Both the position numbers and the translations under genes were made by a program. From the sequence record NC_002014.1: DNA of 6,883 nt; one strand, given 5' to 3'. The stretch comes from Salmonella phage IKe. Shown piece after piece: positions 1-6,553 of this stretch. How positions within the stretch are numbered: the stretch's first letter is position 1; each line of letters starts with the position of its first letter. The notes beneath the pieces were generated by a model. It searched no databases, had not been told where the DNA came from, and saw only the letters and a program-made list of their open reading frames with translations.

Positions 1-6
1 GAATTC

Positions 7-1272
7 ATGATCGACATGCTGGTGTTAAGGATACCTTTTAAAAGCTCTCTTGTGTCGGAGCGTCTTGATTCTAAGGGAAATTATGTTTCCCATGTGAATC
101 TTGCTGAGGTTGCACGACTCTCCGGTCTGACTCTCGCAGCACATACCGTTGAATATGCCATTGATGGTGATTTAACTGTATCCGGCCTTAAGCATCCTTA
201 CGAATCTCTTCCGTCTCATTATGCGGGTATCGCGCTGAAAATTTTTGAGGGCGGTAAAAACTTCGAGCCTTGTGTAGAGTTGAAAGCATCTCCGGCGAAG
301 TTGTTACAAGGTCACAACGTTTTTGGCCCGACTTCCTTTGAATTGTGTGGATTGGAGTTTTTCGGCGCTTTTGCGGCGGCTATGCCTGAACTGTATGACT
401 TGTGCGATGTAACTAATACTGTAGTTGGTCGTATTGACGTTACATTTAGTGCAAAGGTTGCTAACGATCATATTGCTAATCAGGTCATTTCCTTCCTTCG
501 TAATGTTTCTAATGGTCAGACCAAAAAGACTCGCGCCCTTGATTATGAAACCACTGTTATGTGGAACGAAGGGAGTCGCCATCGTACCCTTGTTGCATAT
601 TTGAAACATCATGAGGTACAGGCTCAGATCAAGAGACTACAAAAAAAGAAAAGCTCTCATCTTACGATCTACGAAAAAAATTGCTTGGAAGTATTAAGCA
701 ATCCTGATTTGCAATTATATGCAGTTGGCCTTGTTAGATTTGAGGCTAGACTTCATACACGTTTTTTTGAAAATTTTGGCTTGCCTAGAAAGTTCTTTGA
801 TATAGTTAAATATCAAGATAATTATGAAAGTGGCTCATTTAATTTAATTTGTGACCTGTGGAAAAAATCGTTTAAAGATCTGTTTGATGCCTTTAAAGGT
901 TCTGATATGAATGTTTATGATGATTCTAAAGTTTATGATGCTTTAATAAATAACTTTTCTTCTGTTACTAAATCAGGCAATATTTCTAATTCCAAAGCTA
1001 ACCGTTTATTTGGTTTTTATCGTCGCTTGGTGAATGAAGGTTATGATAATGTAGCTCAAACGATGGAACGCACTACATTCTGGCGCTCTCTAAAGGAATT
1101 AACTTCTGTAGGTTTGTCAAAGGCTCAATTAATGAACCTTTCGACGGATAATAATGTAGTGCCGTTGGTTCAAATGATTAATGTTGATTTTTCTCAGCAA
1201 TATCCTGAATGGTATGTTGAACCGGTATCTATTTTTAATCGTTCTAATGTAGTCAGCATTAACGCTGCTTAA
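7..1272 (+). CDS. II: Replication initiation endonuclease gpII (rolling-circle nickase/ligase), 421 aa
   Basis: Full ORF from the track. The N-terminus MIDMLVLRIPF and long stretches (TVEYAIDGDLTVSGL, LRNVSNGQTK, RHRTLVAYLKH, GLVRFEAR, FGFYRRLVNEGYD, QLMNLSTDNNVVPLV, INVDFS) match f1/M13 gene II protein as I recall it. It is the first gene after the IG, as in Ff phages. Confidence 0.97.
   Translation: MIDMLVLRIPFKSSLVSERLDSKGNYVSHVNLAEVARLSGLTLAAHTVEYAIDGDLTVSGLKHPYESLPSHYAGIALKIFEGGKNFEPCVELKASPAKLLQGHNVFGPTSFELCGLEFFGAFAAAMPELYDLCDVTNTVVGRIDVTFSAKVANDHIANQVISFLRNVSNGQTKKTRALDYETTVMWNEGSRHRTLVAYLKHHEVQAQIKRLQKKKSSHLTIYEKNCLEVLSNPDLQLYAVGLVRFEARLHTRFFENFGLPRKFFDIVKYQDNYESGSFNLICDLWKKSFKDLFDAFKGSDMNVYDDSKVYDALINNFSSVTKSGNISNSKANRLFGFYRRLVNEGYDNVAQTMERTTFWRSLKELTSVGLSKAQLMNLSTDNNVVPLVQMINVDFSQQYPEWYVEPVSIFNRSNVVSINAA
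907..1272 (+). CDS. X: gpX, in-frame internal restart product of gene II (C-terminal 121 aa)
   Basis: In-frame ATG at 907 (…KGSD-MNVYDDSKVYDAL) aligns with the f1 gene X start (MNIYDDSAVLDAI). AAGG lies 7-8 nt upstream (896-899). Nested gene X is established for Ff phages, but its expression here is inferred by homology only. Confidence 0.7.
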   Translation: MNVYDDSKVYDALINNFSSVTKSGNISNSKANRLFGFYRRLVNEGYDNVAQTMERTTFWRSLKELTSVGLSKAQLMNLSTDNNVVPLVQMINVDFSQQYPEWYVEPVSIFNRSNVVSINAA

Positions 1273-1295
1273 TTTAAATAATCGAGAGATATATT

Positions 1296-1562
1296 ATGTT
1301 AACTGTTGAAATTCACGATTCTCAAGTTTCTGTTAAAGAGCGCTCTGGCGTTTCTCAAAAGTCCGGTAAGCCTTATACTATTCGTGAGCAGGAAGCCTAT
1401 ATTGATCTCGGCGGCGTTTATCCTGCGCTGTTTAACTTTAATCTTGAGGACGGTCAGCAACCTTACCCCGCTGGCAAGTACCGTTTACATCCTGCATCTT
1501 TCAAGATTAATAATTTTGGTCAGGTTGCTGTTGGTCGCGTTCTGCTTGAATCGGTTAAATGA
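1296..1562 (+). CDS. V: ssDNA-binding protein gpV, 88 aa
   Basis: The ORF follows gene II with GAGAG (1284-1288) 7 nt before the ATG. Size, position and the OB-fold-like sequence (YTIREQEAYIDLGG…GKYRL…FKINNFGQV) correspond to Ff/IKe gene V protein. Confidence 0.97.
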   Translation: MLTVEIHDSQVSVKERSGVSQKSGKPYTIREQEAYIDLGGVYPALFNFNLEDGQQPYPAGKYRLHPASFKINNFGQVAVGRVLLESVK

Positions 1563-1564
1563 GC

Positions 1565-1657
1565 ATGACTAGTGACGATATAATTTATGTTGTATTTGCT
1601 CTTGGCCTTGTTGTTTCATTTGGGTTAGGTGCAATTACTGCTGGAGTGTTCCGATGA
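1565..1657 (+). CDS. VII: Minor virion cap protein gpVII (about 30 aa; alternative in-frame start at 1559 gives 32 aa)
   Basis: Not in the ORF track because it is too short; I translated it by hand as MTSDDIIYVVFALGLVVSFGLGAITAGVFR*. It is a hydrophobic mini-protein. Its C-terminal 22 residues align with f1 gpVII (…ISVVLCFALGIIAGGQR), and DDIIY aligns with f1 FDTIY. The upstream in-frame ATG at 1559 overlaps the gene V stop (ATGA), so the true start is ambiguous. Confidence 0.75.
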   Translation: MTSDDIIYVVFALGLVVSFGLGAITAGVFR

Positions 1658-1755
1658 TTGATTATGTTGGTTCTTTCCTCGGTGCATATTTCTTGGGCTT
1701 TGCCCTCTTTTATGGAATTGGTTTTTTCAAATCAATTTCGAATCGTATCATTTAA
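1654..1755 (+). CDS. IX: Minor virion cap protein gpIX, 33 aa
   Basis: Hand translation gives MIDYVGSFLGAYFLGFALFYGIGFFKSISNRII*. The ATG at 1654 overlaps the gene VII stop (ATGA at 1654-1657). It is a hydrophobic helix with a basic or polar tail. Size and position (between VII and VIII) match Ff gpIX. Confidence 0.8.
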   Translation: MIDYVGSFLGAYFLGFALFYGIGFFKSISNRII

Positions 1756-1765
1756 GGAAAATAAA

Positions 1766-2014
1766 ATGCGTGTTCTCTCTACCGTTTTAGCTGCTAAAAA
1801 CAAAATTGCTCTGGGTGCTGCTACTATGCTGGTTTCTGCTGGTTCCTTCGCTGCTGAACCTAACGCAGCTACTAACTATGCTACCGAAGCAATGGACAGC
1901 CTTAAAACTCAGGCTATTGATCTCATTTCTCAGACTTGGCCTGTTGTAACGACTGTTGTAGTTGCTGGTCTTGTAATTCGCCTCTTTAAGAAGTTCTCTT
2001 CTAAAGCTGTTTAA
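1766..2014 (+). CDS. VIII: Major coat protein precursor gpVIII, 82 aa (29-aa signal peptide plus 53-aa mature protein)
   Basis: ATG at 1766 is preceded by AAGGAAA (1754-1760). The signal peptide MRVLSTVLAAKNKIALGAATMLVSAGSFA is followed by an acidic N-terminus (AEPNAAT…), a hydrophobic core (WPVVTTVVVAGLVI) and a basic C-terminus (RLFKKFSSKAV), which is the inovirus class I coat architecture. The track ORF start at 1658 is an upstream in-frame extension overlapping gene IX and is not used. Confidence 0.97.
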   Translation: MRVLSTVLAAKNKIALGAATMLVSAGSFAAEPNAATNYATEAMDSLKTQAIDLISQTWPVVTTVVVAGLVIRLFKKFSSKAV

Positions 2015-2030
2015 TTTTCAGCGTTATTTA

Positions 2031-2056
2031 AGGGGCGCTATTGCGCCCTTTTTTTT
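2031..2056 (+). terminator. Rho-independent terminator after gene VIII
   Basis: The GC stem GGGCGC (2033-2038) pairs with GCGCCC (2043-2048) around a TATT loop, followed by a run of 8 T (2049-2056). It lies 17 nt after the gene VIII stop. Ff phages have their central strong terminator at the same place. Confidence 0.9.
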
Positions 2057-2081
2057 ACTTTAATTCAGCTAAGGCGTAATT

Positions 2082-3386
2082 GTGAAAAGAAAAATAATAG
2101 CAATTTCTTTATTTTTATACATCCCTTTGTCTAATGCTGATAATTGGGAGTCTATTACTAAAAGCTATTACACTGGCTTTGCCATTTCTAAAACTGTTGA
2201 ATCAAAAGATAAGGATGGTAAACCAGTTCGTAAAGAGGTTATAACTCAGGCTGATTTAACTACCGCCTGTAATGATGCTAAAGCCTCCGCACAAAATGTT
2301 TTTAATCAAATCAAGCTAACATTATCTGGTACATGGCCTAATTCTCAGTTTCGCCTTGTAACTGGTGATACCTGCGTTTATAACGGTTCGCCTGGTGAAA
2401 AAACTGAATCTTGGTCTATTCGCGCTCAGGTTGAGGGTGATATACAACGTTCTGTACCAGATGAAGAACCTTCTGAACAAACGCCAGAAGAAATTTGTGA
2501 AGCCAAACCTCCTATTGATGGCGTTTTTAATAACGTCTTTAAGGGTGACGAAGGAGGCTTTTATATTAATTATAATGGCTGTGAATATGAGGCAACTGGC
2601 GTTACTGTTTGCCAGAATGATGGAACTGTCTGTTCCTCCTCCGCTTGGAAGCCAACAGGTTACGTTCCCGAATCTGGAGAACCTTCCTCCTCTCCTCTGA
2701 AAGACGGTGACACTGGCGGTACTGGTGAAGGTGGTTCTGATACTGGCGGTGATACCGGTGGCGGTGATACTGGTGGTGGTTCTACTGGCGGCGATACTGG
2801 CGGTTCTTCTGGTGGCGGTTCGTCTGGTGGCGGTTCGTCTGGTGGATCAACTGGTAAATCACTGACAAAGGAAGATGTAACCGCAGCAATACATGTTGCT
2901 TCCCCTTCTATTGGTGATGCTGTTAAAGATTCTCTTACAGAAGATAATGACCAGTACGACAATCAGAAGAAAGCAGATGAACAATCAGCTAAAGCCTCTG
3001 CTTCTGTATCTGACGCTATCTCTGATGGTATGCGTGGCGTTGGTAATTTCGTTGACGATTTTGGCGGTGAGTCGTCGCAATACGGTACAGGCAATTCTGA
3101 AATGGATCTTTCCGTTAGCCTGGCTAAAGGGCAACTTGGAATTGATCGTGAGGGTCATGGTTCAGCTTGGGAATCTTTTTTAAATGATGGTGCTTTACGT
3201 CCCTCCATTCCTACTGGTCATGGTTGCACTAATTTTGTCATGTATCAGGGTTCTGTTTATCAGATTGAAATTGGCTGTGACAAATTAAATGATATTAAAT
3301 CAGTATTATCTTGGGTTATGTACTGTTTAACATTCTGGTATGTATTCCAGTCTGTTACTTCATTACTTCGTAAAGGTGAACAATAA
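2082..3386 (+). CDS. III: Adsorption/minor coat protein gpIII, 434 aa, GTG start
   Basis: GTG start with AAGG (2071-2074) 7 nt upstream; f1 gene III also starts with GTG. It has a signal peptide ([19 protein letters not shown]|DNW), Cys-containing N-terminal domains, one Gly/Ser/Thr/Asp-rich linker, and a C-terminal hydrophobic anchor ([27 protein letters not shown]). Confidence 0.95.
2706..2855 (+). repeat. Gly-rich linker-coding tandem repeats inside gene III
   Basis: The region encodes [50 protein letters not shown]. It includes three consecutive 15-nt units GGTTC(T/G)TCTGGTGG(C/A) at 2802-2816, 2817-2831 and 2832-2846, plus GGTGATAC(C/T)GGTGG-type units upstream. Confidence 0.9.
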
Positions 3387-3736
3387 TGCCAGCTTTATTG
3401 GGTATACCGGCTTTAATTCGTTTTATTATGGGGCTTGTTCCCATTGCTATTGGTTACTTTGCTAAGTTTCTCGGAATGATAATTACTCGCAATGGGTTAA
3501 TGGCGTCCGCTTTAATTGGCGCTATTCTTTCAGTTGTTTCGTTTTCCATTCAGCTATTGGGTGATGCTTTATCATCTTCGATGGGTGGGATATCTGCTGA
3601 TTTTGGTAATTTAATGTCGTCTGTGTTACCTGATGGCACTACAACCTGTATTACAGTAATTATTACTACTAGAATTGCCGTTTTTGTTTTTGACATTAAA
3701 GATCGTTTACTCGGCATTGCTAATAAGGTTATTTGA
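3386..3736 (+). CDS. VI: Minor coat protein gpVI, 116 aa
   Basis: The ATG overlaps the gene III stop by one base (TAATG). AGGTG (3374-3378) lies 7 nt upstream. It is a very hydrophobic multi-helix small protein in the Ff gene VI position. Confidence 0.93.
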
Positions 3737-3737
3737 T

Positions 3738-4835
3738 ATGGCTGTTTATGTTGTTACAGGTAAATTAGGTGCTGGTAAAACTCTGGTTGCTGTATCACGT
3801 ATTCAGCGCACATTAGCGAAAGGTGGCATTGTTGCCACCAATTTAAATCTTAAACTGCATCATTTTCCTCAAGTTGGAAGATATGCAAAACAATGCCGTG
3901 TTATGCGTATTGCTGATAAGCCAACTCTGGAGGATTTAGAATCTATTGGTCGCGGTAATTTAACTTATGATGAATCAAAGAATGGCTTATTAGTTCTTGA
4001 TGAATGTGGTACTTGGTTTAACTCAAGAAACTGGAGCGATAAATCAAGGCAGCCTGTTATTGATTGGTGTTTACATGCACGTAAATTAGGTTGGGATATT
4101 ATCTTTATTATTCAGGATATTTCTCTGATGGATAAGCAAGCGCGTGATGCTTTGGCTGAGCACGTTGTCTATTGTCGTCGCTTGGATAAATTGAATATAC
4201 CAATCATCGGTGGGTTAATATCTGTATTATCTGGTGGTAGATTACCGTTACCAAAAGTGCATTTTGGTATTGTTAAATATGGTGATAATCCTCAATCTTT
4301 AACTGTCGATAAATGGGTTTATACGGGTACAGATTTATATGCTGCTTATGACACTAAACAGATATTCACCAGTGACCGCGAGATAAGCCCTCCTTACTGC
4401 CCGCTTTCTCCTTATTATACTCATGGTATTTTTTCTGTAAAAAGGGATGCAAAATATTATATGCGCATGACTAAAATCTATTTCAAAAAAATGAATCGCG
4501 TTTTTTTAATGGCCTCTTTTCTTGCTCTTGGTGCTGCCTGTGGCATTTTTTATAAATCTCAAGCCTATTCTAATCAGCTTCAACATATCCAAGACAATTC
4601 TAAAACATCTGTGATCAGCAAAACCGATCAAAGCGCGGAAATATTACCTAGATTATCGATCAACTCATATTCTCAAATGGGTTATGATGTATCTGTTACG
4701 TTTAAAGACGCTAAAGCCAAAATCTATAACTCATTCGATTTGATTAAAGATGGTTATAGAGTGGATATTAAAGATGCGTGCCATGTAACCATTGTTAAGA
4801 AATCATATATACAACAAATTACTTGTGAAGGTTGA
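3738..4835 (+). CDS. I: Assembly ATPase gpI (Zot-like, Walker A GKLGAGKT), 365 aa
   Basis: The start at 3738 (MAVYVVTGKLGAGKTLV…) aligns residue-for-residue with f1 gpI (MAVYFVTGKLGAGKTLV). AAGG (3725-3728) lies upstream, and the start is 1 nt after the gene VI stop. Conserved blocks include LLVLDECGTWFN, IDWCLHARKLGWDIIF and ALAEHVVYCRRLD, with a transmembrane segment VFLMASFLALGAACGIFY. The track start at 3675 is an upstream extension overlapping gene VI. Confidence 0.95.
   Translation: MAVYVVTGKLGAGKTLVAVSRIQRTLAKGGIVATNLNLKLHHFPQVGRYAKQCRVMRIADKPTLEDLESIGRGNLTYDESKNGLLVLDECGTWFNSRNWSDKSRQPVIDWCLHARKLGWDIIFIIQDISLMDKQARDALAEHVVYCRRLDKLNIPIIGGLISVLSGGRLPLPKVHFGIVKYGDNPQSLTVDKWVYTGTDLYAAYDTKQIFTSDREISPPYCPLSPYYTHGIFSVKRDAKYYMRMTKIYFKKMNRVFLMASFLALGAACGIFYKSQAYSNQLQHIQDNSKTSVISKTDQSAEILPRLSINSYSQMGYDVSVTFKDAKAKIYNSFDLIKDGYRVDIKDACHVTIVKKSYIQQITCEG
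4461..4835 (+). CDS. XI: gpXI, in-frame internal restart product of gene I (C-terminal 124 aa; membrane and periplasmic part)
   Basis: In-frame ATG at 4461 (MRMTKIYFKKMNRVF) aligns with the f1 gene XI start (MKLTKIYLKKFSRVL) just before the transmembrane segment. The SD is weak (GGGA 13 nt upstream), and a second ATG sits at 4467. The call rests on Ff homology only. Confidence 0.6.
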   Translation: MRMTKIYFKKMNRVFLMASFLALGAACGIFYKSQAYSNQLQHIQDNSKTSVISKTDQSAEILPRLSINSYSQMGYDVSVTFKDAKAKIYNSFDLIKDGYRVDIKDACHVTIVKKSYIQQITCEG

Positions 4836-4837
4836 TT

Positions 4838-6151
4838 ATGAAATTACAGGCTGAAAAGAAATTAATTTTTGGGTATGTTGCTCTCTGTTTCCTTATGACA
4901 TTAGGCATTGCATTTAATGTTCTGGCTGATCCGGTCAATTTAAATAACGCTCCGGTGCGTTCGTTTGTGCAATGGTATTCGCAAAAATCTAATAAAGCTG
5001 TTGTTGTAAATCCTGATGTTAAAGGAAATATTACTGTATTTAATGCAGATGTTAATCAGGCCAATATTGATGATTTCTTTAAGTCTGTTCTTAACGCTAA
5101 TGGCTTTGTTCTTATGGCTGGTGATCCTTCAGGTGTGTCTACTCCGTCAAAGCTGCCTTCTCAACAGACCGATAATGATGATGATTATGAAGATTCCGCG
5201 GATTATGTTCCGGTTGGTGATTCTGTTCCGGTATCTGCCCAACCGCAAAAGCCTTTAGATCTTACCGTTCGCAATTTTAAGTTAACCCGCGTGCGTTCTT
5301 CTGACGTTCTTCCGCTTGCCAAAATCTTTGTCGATTCCAACGGTGGCGGCGATGTTATTGATTACCCAGGCAATAACAGCCTGTTGGTTTCTGGTTCTGC
5401 TGCTATCATGAATGCCCTGGCTGATTTCATTACGTCAATCGACGTTGCCCGTGATCAGGTTCTTATTCAGTCGCTTATGTTTGAAACCAGCTTAGTTAAT
5501 GGCGTGGATCTTTCTTTTGCTGCCGGTTCTGCTTCTGGTGATAAGGTCGCAGGCGGTTTCAATACATCTGCTCTTGGCACTGCACTTTCAACTGCTGGCG
5601 GTTCCTTCGGCATCTTTAACGGTAATGTTTTAGCGTTATCCATTCAGGCGGTAAAAAATGACTCTAATTCAAAAGTTATTTCTACCCCGCGCATCCTGAC
5701 GCAATCAGGTCAGACAGGTTACATCTCTGTAGGTCAAAATGTGCCGTTTGTCACTGGTAAGGTAACGGGTGAGGCTGCAAATGTTAACAACCCTTTCCAG
5801 ACCATTGAGCGCCGCGATGTTGGTGTTTCTCTTAAGGTGACGCCTGTTGTCATGGGTAATGGTCAGCTTGTTCTTACCATTGATACCAAAGCTGACTCCC
5901 TAACCAGTCAAATGACTGCTAGCGACATCATTACTAATCAGCGTCATATGCAAACGACAGTGCAGATAAAAGACGGTCAGACGCTTTTGCTTGGTGGTCT
6001 TATCGATTCCAATACAACTGACGGTAATCGCTCTGTACCTTGGTTTGAAAGCGTACCTGTGATTGGCTGGTTGTTCCGCAGCCATAGTGATTCGCATAAC
6101 GAAAGAACTATGTTTGTTCTCCTTACCGCGCACGTTATTAAGGCGCTTTGA
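4838..6151 (+). CDS. IV: Outer-membrane secretin gpIV, 437 aa
   Basis: ATG at 4838 with GAAGG (4827-4831) 6 nt upstream, 2 nt after the gene I stop. The signal peptide runs up to …NVLA|DPV. The secretin core closely matches f1 pIV (GGSFGIFNG, STPRILT, SVGQNVPF(V/I)TG, ANVNNPFQTIER, DGQTLLLGGL). The TTG at 4832 used by the ORF track is less likely as the start. Confidence 0.95.
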   Translation: MKLQAEKKLIFGYVALCFLMTLGIAFNVLADPVNLNNAPVRSFVQWYSQKSNKAVVVNPDVKGNITVFNADVNQANIDDFFKSVLNANGFVLMAGDPSGVSTPSKLPSQQTDNDDDYEDSADYVPVGDSVPVSAQPQKPLDLTVRNFKLTRVRSSDVLPLAKIFVDSNGGGDVIDYPGNNSLLVSGSAAIMNALADFITSIDVARDQVLIQSLMFETSLVNGVDLSFAAGSASGDKVAGGFNTSALGTALSTAGGSFGIFNGNVLALSIQAVKNDSNSKVISTPRILTQSGQTGYISVGQNVPFVTGKVTGEAANVNNPFQTIERRDVGVSLKVTPVVMGNGQLVLTIDTKADSLTSQMTASDIITNQRHMQTTVQIKDGQTLLLGGLIDSNTTDGNRSVPWFESVPVIGWLFRSHSDSHNERTMFVLLTAHVIKAL

Positions 6152-6197
6152 GGCTGCCGGGTAGGTGCGCTAGCCCTGCCCGTAGACTCTTGCGCCT
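6141..6197 (+). other. Long imperfect GC-rich hairpin across the gene IV stop; candidate packaging (morphogenetic) signal and/or gene IV terminator
   Basis: Hand-folded pairs are 6141-6146/6192-6197 (AGGCGC/GCGCCT), 6150-6152/6187-6189, 6154-6155/6184-6185, and an 8-bp inner stem 6158-6165/6175-6182 (CGGGTAGG/CCTGCCCG, one G.T). In Ff the packaging hairpin is the first IG element after gene IV, so the assignment here is positional only. The true signal may extend further toward about 6275. Confidence 0.35.
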
Positions 6198-6275
6198 CTC
6201 CGTGTGCGCGGCTTCGATACAACGTATGTTCCTCGGTTTTCACATCCATAATGGCTGCGGTGCTAACGGCTAGTT

Positions 6276-6376
6276 AGTACGTGATAATTTTCACGTACTC
6301 CGCCCTTCTCTTTCGGCGTTCTCCGGCGTCGAATCGTCAAACGCTAAATCGTGGGGGCCCCTTTGGGCCGATTTAG
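6276..6376 (+). other. Complementary (-) strand origin region (RNA-polymerase primer hairpins)
   Basis: A perfect 9-bp hairpin AGTACGTGA(6276-6284)/TCACGTACT(6291-6299) is followed by a pyrimidine-rich tract. A second hairpin CTAAATCG(6344-6351)/CGATTTAG(6369-6376) encloses GGGGGCCCCTTTGGGC. The stretch GTCAAACGCTAAATCGTGGGGGCCCCTTTGGGCCGATTTAGTGATTTACGACAC closely parallels f1 GTCAAGCTCTAAATCGGGGGCTCCCTTTAGGGTTCCGATTTAGTGCTTTACGGCAC, which is part of the f1 (-) origin. Confidence 0.65.
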
Positions 6377-6409
6377 TGATTTACGACACTCCATAAATAT
6401 CCTTGTTAT

Positions 6410-6455
6410 GGGTGATGGTTCACGTAGTGGGCCATCGCCTTGTTAGACGTTTTTT
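6410..6455 (+). other. Highly conserved IG block shared with Ff (stem GGTGATGG/CCATCGCC)
   Basis: GGGTGATGGTTCACGTAGTGGGCCATCGCC (6410-6439) is identical over 30 nt to the f1 ori sequence as I recall it. It is followed by TTGTTAGACGTTTTT versus f1 CTGATAGACGGTTTTT. It can form an 8-bp stem 6411-6418/6432-6439 with one G.T pair. Confidence 0.6.
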
Positions 6456-6553
6456 TCTTTTGGTGATCGATAAGCGATTTTGTAGTTTGACGGTCGTAGA
6501 CGAAAGGACGTGGAAGCGGCGATTTTGGATCTGGCAGTCGGCTCGGTCGTGGT

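Noticed and set aside
304-612. 102-aa ORF on the minus strand inside gene II
   Set aside because: It is entirely antisense to a well-supported, homology-backed CDS. It has no SD and a low-complexity composition with no recognisable motif. This is a typical shadow ORF.
1306-1572. 88-aa alternative-frame ORF covering almost all of gene V (TTG start)
   Set aside because: It is open because gene V codons are T/C-rich at the third position, which suppresses stops in the +1 frame. It has a non-ATG start and no SD, and the product is a Leu/Ile/Phe-rich artefact. It was tempting as an overprinted gene, but nothing supports that.
1658-1765. Upstream in-frame extension of the gene VIII ORF (track start at 1658)
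   Set aside because: The extension overlaps gene IX in another frame. The strong SD AAGGAAA sits in front of the ATG at 1766, and the signal peptide begins there.
2365-2700. 111-aa alternative-frame ORF within gene III (also 2893-3183, 96 aa)
   Set aside because: Both are nested in the homology-supported gene III in a different frame. They have no SD and a hydrophobic or basic low-information composition.
2660-2962. 100-aa Pro-rich minus-strand ORF ([16 protein letters not shown]…)
   Set aside because: It is the mirror image of the Gly-codon (GGN) repeats of the pIII linker, since the reverse complement of GGN gives NCC codons and hence Pro-rich runs. It is an artefact of the repeat.
3675-3737. 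Upstream extension of gene I (track start at 3675)
   Set aside because: It overlaps the end of gene VI. f1 gpI homology begins exactly at MAVY (3738), which has its own AAGG SD.
4832-4837. TTG start for gene IV proposed by the ORF track
   Set aside because: The ATG at 4838 is optimally spaced from GAAGG and corresponds to the f1 pIV N-terminus (MKL…). The TTG lies inside the SD-to-start spacer.
5016-5258. 80-aa alternative-frame ORF within gene IV
   Set aside because: It is nested out of frame in the secretin gene, and its Met/Leu/Ile-rich composition is an artefact.
5900-6249. Two minus-strand ORFs (77 aa and 90 aa) antisense to the 3' end of gene IV, one extending about 100 nt into the IG
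   Set aside because: Both are mostly antisense to the conserved secretin C-terminus. The IG portion coincides with the GC-rich structured region (hairpin 6141-6197), which stays open by composition. There is no SD before the ATG at 6249.
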